A stretch of 64,000 nucleotides of DNA from Naegleria gruberi. Taxonomy: Eukaryota. A program made the translations under genes and the position numbers. Below the pieces are notes generated by a model that saw only the letters and a program-made list of their open reading frames with translations, was not told the DNA's origin and made no database searches. Below, piece after piece: positions 57,749 to 64,000 of the stretch (the first letter of the stretch is position 1; each line of letters begins with the position of its first letter). The DNA lies in assembly GCA_000004985.1 (NCBI GenBank), contig GG738855.1; one strand, given 5' to 3'.

Positions 57749-58232
57749 ATGCCACGACCATCAATTACACCAAAGACTTTCAAGAGTTTGAATTATATTC
57801 TCGATAATAGAGTTGTTTTTCCAACTAATTTGAAGAAAATAACGACCATCTATAACTCTTACGGAGGACAGGTAAACTCTATTTCTAGAGATTTTGTTGT
57901 TAAACACTATCCAGCTATTCAACATTTCAACCCACAAACAGAATGCAAGAGAGTTAAATATAACAAGACTTCAGGTTTTGCTAAAATTGTCATTGAATTG
58001 GGTAAGTAATTATTATGCGGAACTAATCAAGAACAACAACAACATTACAGATGACGGAACACAAACAGCCATCAAGGTTCAAGAAACAGATAATGAACAA
58101 ACTCTTGCCGAACGTATTAAACAAACTGCTCTCTCATTAACTGAAACTCAATACGAACCAGAAGTTGCTATTTTCATCAAGGATTTTGCTAAGCGTGTTC
58201 AAGAATCCAAGTCATTGGTCCAACAACAATAA
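57749..58232 (+). CDS. Small conserved-looking protein; 2 exons join(57749..58001,58051..58232), about 144 aa
   Basis: ATG ORF (MPRPSITPKTFKSLNYILDNRVVFP...). The GTAAGT donor at 58002 and the ACATTACAG acceptor ending at 58050 join it in phase 1 to a second exon ending LVQQQ*. It is possibly a small organellar or ribosome-associated protein, but this is unassigned. Confidence 0.45.
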
Positions 58233-58569
58233 TTTAACTACTAGTATTAAATCATAATAACAATGGAAACATAGGATTTACCGAGACAAATATATTTTGA
58301 AATTAGGAATTAGAATAAACATCACCGATAGATTTTAGAATTTATTAATTTCTTACTTTAGATAATTATTAAGGATAATTCTCCCAATCTGTTAATCTAA
58401 ATATAAAGGAAGGGAGCATTCTGTTTGTGAAGAGAGTGTTATCATTATCAAATATGAATACTTTTGGATTTTCGTTGAACAAGGTAGCCGGTGCACATTT
58501 GATATTGTCATCACGTGCCCATCATAAAAATAAAATTGCAATTCATATTGTTGAAAATTAAAATAAAAA

Positions 58570-61500
58570 ATGAGTAAACTCCAAGAAGTAGACGCAAGTA
58601 TTAACTTTGCTAGAGAAGAAGAAAAGACTTTGTCGTATTGGAAAGAAATCGACGCCTTCAATACCAGCTTGAAAAAGTCGGAAGGAAAGAAGCCATTCTC
58701 CTTCTATGATGGTCCACCATTCGCAACAGGGTATGTAAAAATCATCATAACTTGGAAAGCCTAACAATCTATTTAAATGTTGTTGTATATAATGACGATC
58801 TATTAATTATATTACATAGTGTAAGTATTAACTAGGTGATTCAATCAGTATTTACAATTATTTTCAGCTTCCTCACTATGGTCACATTTTAGCAGGTACT
58901 ATTAAAGACGTTGTTACCAGATATGCTCACCAAACTGGTCACTATGTTGAAAGAAGATTTGGTTGGGATTGTCACGGTCTTCCAATTGAATTTGAAATTG
59001 AAAAGATTTTGAAGAGAGACAAGATTTTCGAGGAAAAACTCTTGTCAGAAGAAGAGTTGAAAAACGAAGAATTGATCAAAAAGAAGATTTCAGAAATGAC
59101 TTTGAGTCGTGCTGATATCGAAGAATATGGTATTGCCAGATATAATGACAAATGTGAATCTATTGTCATGAAATACTCTTCCGAATGGGAACAAATCATT
59201 ACAAGATTGGGAAGATGGATTGACTTTAAGAATGACTACAAGACAATGAACTTCTCATTTATGGAAAGTGTTTGGTGGGTTTTCAAGCAATTATGGGATA
59301 AGAATTTGGTTTATAAAGGAGTTCGTGTCATGCCATACAGTACAGGTTGTACAACACCACTCTCCAACTTTGAAGTCACACAAGGATACAGAGATGTCCA
59401 AGATACTGCCATCACAGTTGCTTTCCCAATTAAGAGTGAAGATGAAAAATTCAAGGATACAAGCTTTTTGGTTTGGACAACTACTCCATGGACATTGCCA
59501 AGTAACTTGGCTCTCTGTGTTAATCCTGAATTCACATATGTTAGAGTTTATGATGAACAAAAGAAATGGTACTTTATCGTTTTGAAGGATTTGGCTTCTA
59601 AATATTTCAAGAAGGTCAAAACTGAAGGTGAATTTAAGGGAAGTGATTTGGTTGGTATGAAGTATGAACCTCTCTATAATTTCTATGCTGAAGAATTTGC
59701 TGATGCTTTTAGAGTTATTTCCGATGATTACGTCACAAATTCAAGTGGTACTGGTATTGTCCATCAAGCTCCAGGTTTTGGTGAAGACGATAACCGTGTT
59801 TGTGCCAAGTTTGGAATTATTGATAACAAGACTAGATTACCTCCATGTCCTTTGGATGATATTGGTCGTTATGTTTCACCAATTGAAACTTTCAAGGGAA
59901 TGTACATCAAGGATGCTGATCCATTGATTATTGAAGATTTGAGAAGCAGACTCAGACTTTTCAAGAAGGAAGGTATTACCCACAAGTATCCATTCTGTTG
60001 GAGATCTGATACTCCATTGATTTACAAGACTGTTCCATCTTGGTTCGTTAGAGTTACTGATTTAAGAGATAGACTTCTTGAAAACAATAAGCAAACTTAT
60101 TGGGTTCCTGAACACGTTCAAGAAGGTAGATTCCACAACTGGCTTGCTGATTGTAAGGATTGGACCATTTCTAGAAGTAGATATTGGGGTACTCCAATTC
60201 CTGTCTGGATGAGTGAGGATGGTGAAGAAATGGTTGCTGTTGGTTCTGTTGCTGAATTGGAACAATTGACTGGTATCACTGGAATTAACAATCTCCACAG
60301 ACAACACATTGACAAGCTTACTATTCCTAGCCAAAAGGTACCTGGTAAGGTTTTGAAGAGAGTCAGTGATGTCTTTGATTGTTGGTTTGAATCTGGTTCT
60401 ATGCCATATGCTCAAAACCACTATCCATTTGAAAACCCAGAAAAGTTCCAAGACTCTTTCCCAGCTGATTTCATTGCTGAAGGTTTGGATCAAACTAGAG
60501 GTTGGTTCTACACTTTGTTGGTTTTGGGTACTGCTTTGTTTGACAAGTGTCCATTCCAAAATGTTATTGTAAACGGTCTCGTCCTTGCTGAAGATGGTTC
60601 CAAGATGAGTAAGAGTAAGAAGAATTATCCAGATCCACAAATTGTTATTGACAAGCACGGTTCTGATGCCTTGAGATTATATTTGATCAACTCACCAGTT
60701 GTTAGAGCTGAACCACTCAAGTTCAAGGAAGATGGTGTTTTCGATGTCGTCAAGGAAATCTTGTTGCAATGGTACAATGCTTACAGATTCTTTGTTCAAT
60801 CTGTCAAACGTTATGTTGACGAAACTGGTGAAGATTTTAACAGTGATATTGCCAATGCTGCCAAGATTGATAATATCATGGACAAGTGGATCATTTCCTC
60901 TAGCAACAGTTTGTTGAAGAATATTAGTGCTGAAATGAAGGCCTATCGTTTGTATAATGTTACACCAAAGTTGGAAGGTTTCATTGACCATCTTACTCGT
61001 TGGTATGTCAAGATTAACAACAAGCGTTTGAAGGGTGAACAAAAGGATCAAACTAAGGAAGATAGATTGTCTGCCTTGTCTGCTATGTTCATTGCTTTGT
61101 ATAATGTTGTTAGAATTATGGCTCCATTCACTCCATTCTTGACTGAAAAGATGTATCAAAATCTTAAGAACTTGCTCACAAAGAGTGAAGATTCTGTCCA
61201 CTATGAAATGCTCCCAGAATGTGATGAATCCAAGATTGATTTGGAAATTGAAAGAACTGTTGAAGCTATGCAAGCTGTCATTAAGGTTGGTAGAACTTTG
61301 CGTGTCAGAAAGAACATTCCTTCCAGAACTCCAGTATCTTCCTACATTGTTTGTAACATTGATGAAGATTTCATTAGAAGAGTTAAGAGTATGGAATACT
61401 TTATCAAGAAGGAACTCAACATTCATGGATCTGTTATTGCTACAAGCAACATTCAAGAATATAGTGTTAAATTGGAAGCTACTCCAAATAACAAGGCTTT

Positions 61501-62029
61501 GGGTGTTCGTTTGGGTAAGAAGTTCAAGGATGTCTATAAGGCAATTACTGGTTTGAAACACGAAGAATTGGTTTCATTCTTGATGAAGAAGGAAATTGTT
61601 TTGTGCGGTGAAACTATCAACAATGAAGACTTGATTGTGGCTAACAAGTTTGTTGGTACTGAAAAGAATTACTTTGCTGATGAATGTGGTACTGGTACTT
61701 TGATTTTGAACACTGACTTGTCAGAAGAATTGAAGGAATTAGGTTTCGTCAGAGAAGCTGGTAGTAAAGTCCAACAAATGAGAAAGGAAGCTCGTCTCAA
61801 GTTTGAAGATAAGGTTGACGTTTTCTTGACTGGTAAGAGTTCTCAAACAGTAGTTGAAGTTTTGAAGAAGCACTCTGCCACTCTTGCTCAACATTTGAAG
61901 GGTATGGACGTCTTCTTTGAAGCTGTTCCTTCTGGAAAGGATTTGATCATTCAACAAGAAATGAATGTTGACAGATTAACTCAAGAAGAAAGCAATGTTG
62001 TTGTTTTCACGTTGATTAGAAAAGAATAA
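58570..62029 (+). CDS. IARS1: Cytoplasmic isoleucyl-tRNA synthetase; 2 exons (exon 1 58570..about 58734, exon 2 58868..62029), about 1108 aa
   Basis: Exon 1 encodes [32 protein letters not shown]...[10 protein letters not shown], which is collinear with eukaryotic IleRS. Exon 2 begins [41 protein letters not shown] (the HIGH region) and continues through the editing domain, a KMSKS-like motif (SKMSKSKKN) and the anticodon-binding and C-terminal domains. The intron of about 133 nt ends at TTTTCAG (58867). The exact donor is ambiguous (see findings). Confidence 0.9.
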
Positions 62030-62044
62030 ATTTTTGAAAATATT

Positions 62045-63303
62045 TTAATTAATTTCTTTCCTCAGTTTCATCCAATCCATTTCGAAATCCATCTTGTAAC
62101 CCATTCTATTGAAGAGATTGGCAAATTTTGTTCTTAAATAATCATAATCTGGTTTTTCCTCAAATTTCAGTTTCTTTACGTAGAGAAAGTATTGAGTAAA
62201 CTCGATTGGCAAGCCAGCGCATAATTGATTTATGGAAGTGTTCATCTTCTTTTCCATAATCTTTTCATACTTTTTCTGTCTATTGTTTGCCATGAGACCT
62301 TGCCAAGGTAAACTACCATTTAAGAAATATACAAATAAATAACCAATACTTTCCAAATCATCACGACGACTCTGTTCATAACCCAAGTGAGAGTTTGTAC
62401 TTGTATATCTTGCTGTACCTGTAAGAGATTTGTTCTTCCTCATTGGTATATGTTTGAGACCTTCTCCTTTTTCTTCAACCATATATCTCTTAGCGAGACC
62501 AAAGTCTAACATGTAGACGTGGTGACCTTTTTCTTTTCTTCCCATTAGAAAGTTTTCAGGTTTAACTATTAAGGTGTTGGATTAGAGCTAGTTACTAAAA
62601 AAAACTTACCATCTCTATGAATAAAATGTTTGTAATGCAAAAATTCAATTCTTGAAATTAATTGATCTGCCAAAATAAGAACAGTTTTCAATGAAAATCT
62701 TCTACTACAAAAACTAAATAAATCTTCCAAAGATGGGCCAAGACATTCAATTACCATTACATTGAAATCATCTTCTACTCCATACCAATACAATTTTGGA
62801 ATTCCTATCACAGTGGCTTCTTCTTGATGATGTTGTGTAACAGAGAGTACTTCTTGACTCTTTGATGTCCCAATACCTGTACTATTAGGGCTATTTCCAT
62901 GGTTCACATGTAAAGAAGCAGTATCAATAGATGTATTCAAAGCAGCTGAGGCTGCACTTAGAGTTTTCCTGCTTGTAGAGACTGGTAATCCCCAAAGAAT
63001 TTTATAGATTCTACTCTCCGCAAGCAATTGAGGGAATTTACATTTTACTTCTTCAAACTTGATGGCTACTTCTTGATTATTACTTATTATTTTACCTGCG
63101 TGAATAGTACCAAAACTTCCACTTCCTAGTTTTGCTCCTACTAAAAATCGTTTTCCTATTAATCTAGGTATTTGTGGTTTATATGACTGTTGTTGAGCAA
63201 CTTCTATTTGTTGTTGTTGCTGTACTGCTCGAACTCCATTGTCATTCGCTGTCCTATTATTTGGAGAGGAAGGAACGACTTGATTTGAATTTGGTGGATT
63301 CAT
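62045..63303 (-). CDS. Casein kinase 1 family Ser/Thr kinase; 2 exons complement(join(62045..62565,62610..63303)), about 404 aa
   Basis: CK1 signatures are present: [18 protein letters not shown]|VKPENFL (split by a 44-nt GTAAGT...TTAATAG intron in phase 1), [39 protein letters not shown] and LPWQGL. There is a Q-rich N-terminal extension of about 40 aa and an S/T-rich insertion of about 55 aa in the N-lobe. Confidence 0.85.
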
Positions 63304-63924
63304 GATGAAACAATAATACTACCAATACTACTACAAGGGTGTAAAGGTTTAATATACACGAAAAAGGATTATTGCCAATCCCTTAGTTTGTTGTTCGGAT
63401 ATTGATGATGAAATGGCCAGCGTGTTAGTTCAGCTTGCCCAATGATGATATTTTCTTTTATAAATATTGAAAGGCAGTAAATTTTACGGTTTTTCATCTC
63501 TATGTCTATTGGCGCCAACGCCTCTCATGAAACCTTTTGGAACTATTATAAGTTTACTCACATCATCATAATTGTACATTATTCCTCTCTCTCAATAATT
63601 GCATATACTACATTCACTATTTGTGAGTGGAATGAAGACATCATCAGGACTTTATCCTAGCAAAACCTCACTTGATTTTCTTGGTATCTAGATTGCTTTA
63701 ATATATTCTACGAAACTTTTCAGTGATTGTCATTCTCAAAGACAATAAACCTAGCAACAACAACAGATTTAACGACTTTTTGTCTACAGTTTCACTATTA
63801 TCTAAGGAGAGAGAAAAAACAGCAGAAAAAAAAGAACTATCATCAACCTCTATTCGGGCTTGGTATAAAATTCATTGATACTAATCATTAACAATAATTG
63901 GATTATTGTTTCTGAACAATAAGA

Positions 63925-64000
63925 AATGAGTACACTAGTAGGAGGAGGAAATTCCGTGAAGCTTGTCTCATCATCCTCTACAGGATCATTGACAGAAAAA
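63925..64000 (+). CDS. Possible 5-prime end of a further gene, truncated by the window edge
   Basis: An ATG at 63925 opens a frame (MSTLVGGGNSVKLVSSSSTGSLTEK) that runs to the end of the window. There is no other support. Confidence 0.15.

Noticed and set aside
62800-62990. Removal of the whole CK1 N-lobe insertion as an intron
   Set aside because: Only a 69-nt sub-segment has plausible GT/AG flanks. Removing it leaves most of the insertion in place, and it is a multiple of 3 with no stop codons, so the sequence alone cannot decide. I reported it as a finding and not as a feature.
1-64000. tRNA, rRNA and snRNA genes
   Set aside because: I scanned the intergenic spacers by eye for T-loop-like GGTTCGAnTCC motifs and cloverleaf-compatible inverted repeats and found none. 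This is not a computational scan, so small RNAs could still be present.
1-64000. Interpretation as a prokaryotic or viral defence/accessory island
   Set aside because: The window contains multiple GT-AG spliceosomal introns that reconstitute conserved motifs, for example histidase, NEK, CK1 and SRD5A3. The proteins are eukaryote-specific, including CRM1, ATR, p23, F-box, UBE2S and RhoGEF. There are no Shine-Dalgarno-spaced operons. This is therefore nuclear eukaryotic DNA.

Overview
This 64 kb window is eukaryotic nuclear DNA, AT-rich (roughly two-thirds A+T) and very gene-dense. About 30 protein-coding genes sit on both strands and cover more than 80% of the window. Nearly all long ORFs have clear eukaryotic homologues, for example exportin-1, ATR, histidine ammonia-lyase, p23, a NEK kinase, UBE2S, isoleucyl-tRNA synthetase and casein kinase 1. 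Several genes are interrupted by very short (38-135 nt) GT-AG spliceosomal introns, which I located from the sequence itself. Most genes have zero or one intron. Intergenic spacers are often under 300 bp and a few are only 6-40 bp. Low-complexity S/T/N/Q-rich coding segments are common. Three assembly gaps (N runs at 23778-23827 and 29325-29488, plus a single N at 26486) interrupt two repeat-rich genes. I found no rRNA, tRNA, CRISPR array, transposon or prokaryote-style defence or operon system. The organism is probably an intron-poor, compact-genome protist (amoeboid, heterolobosean or amoebozoan-like), but I cannot identify it from the sequence alone. The most interesting items are a gapped, roughly 2100-aa membrane protein with near-identical tandem EGF modules, a lineage-restricted DUF4116-repeat protein, a non-canonical (bacterial-like) glucose-6-phosphate isomerase, an F-box domain fused to a polytopic membrane domain, and operon-like gene packing.
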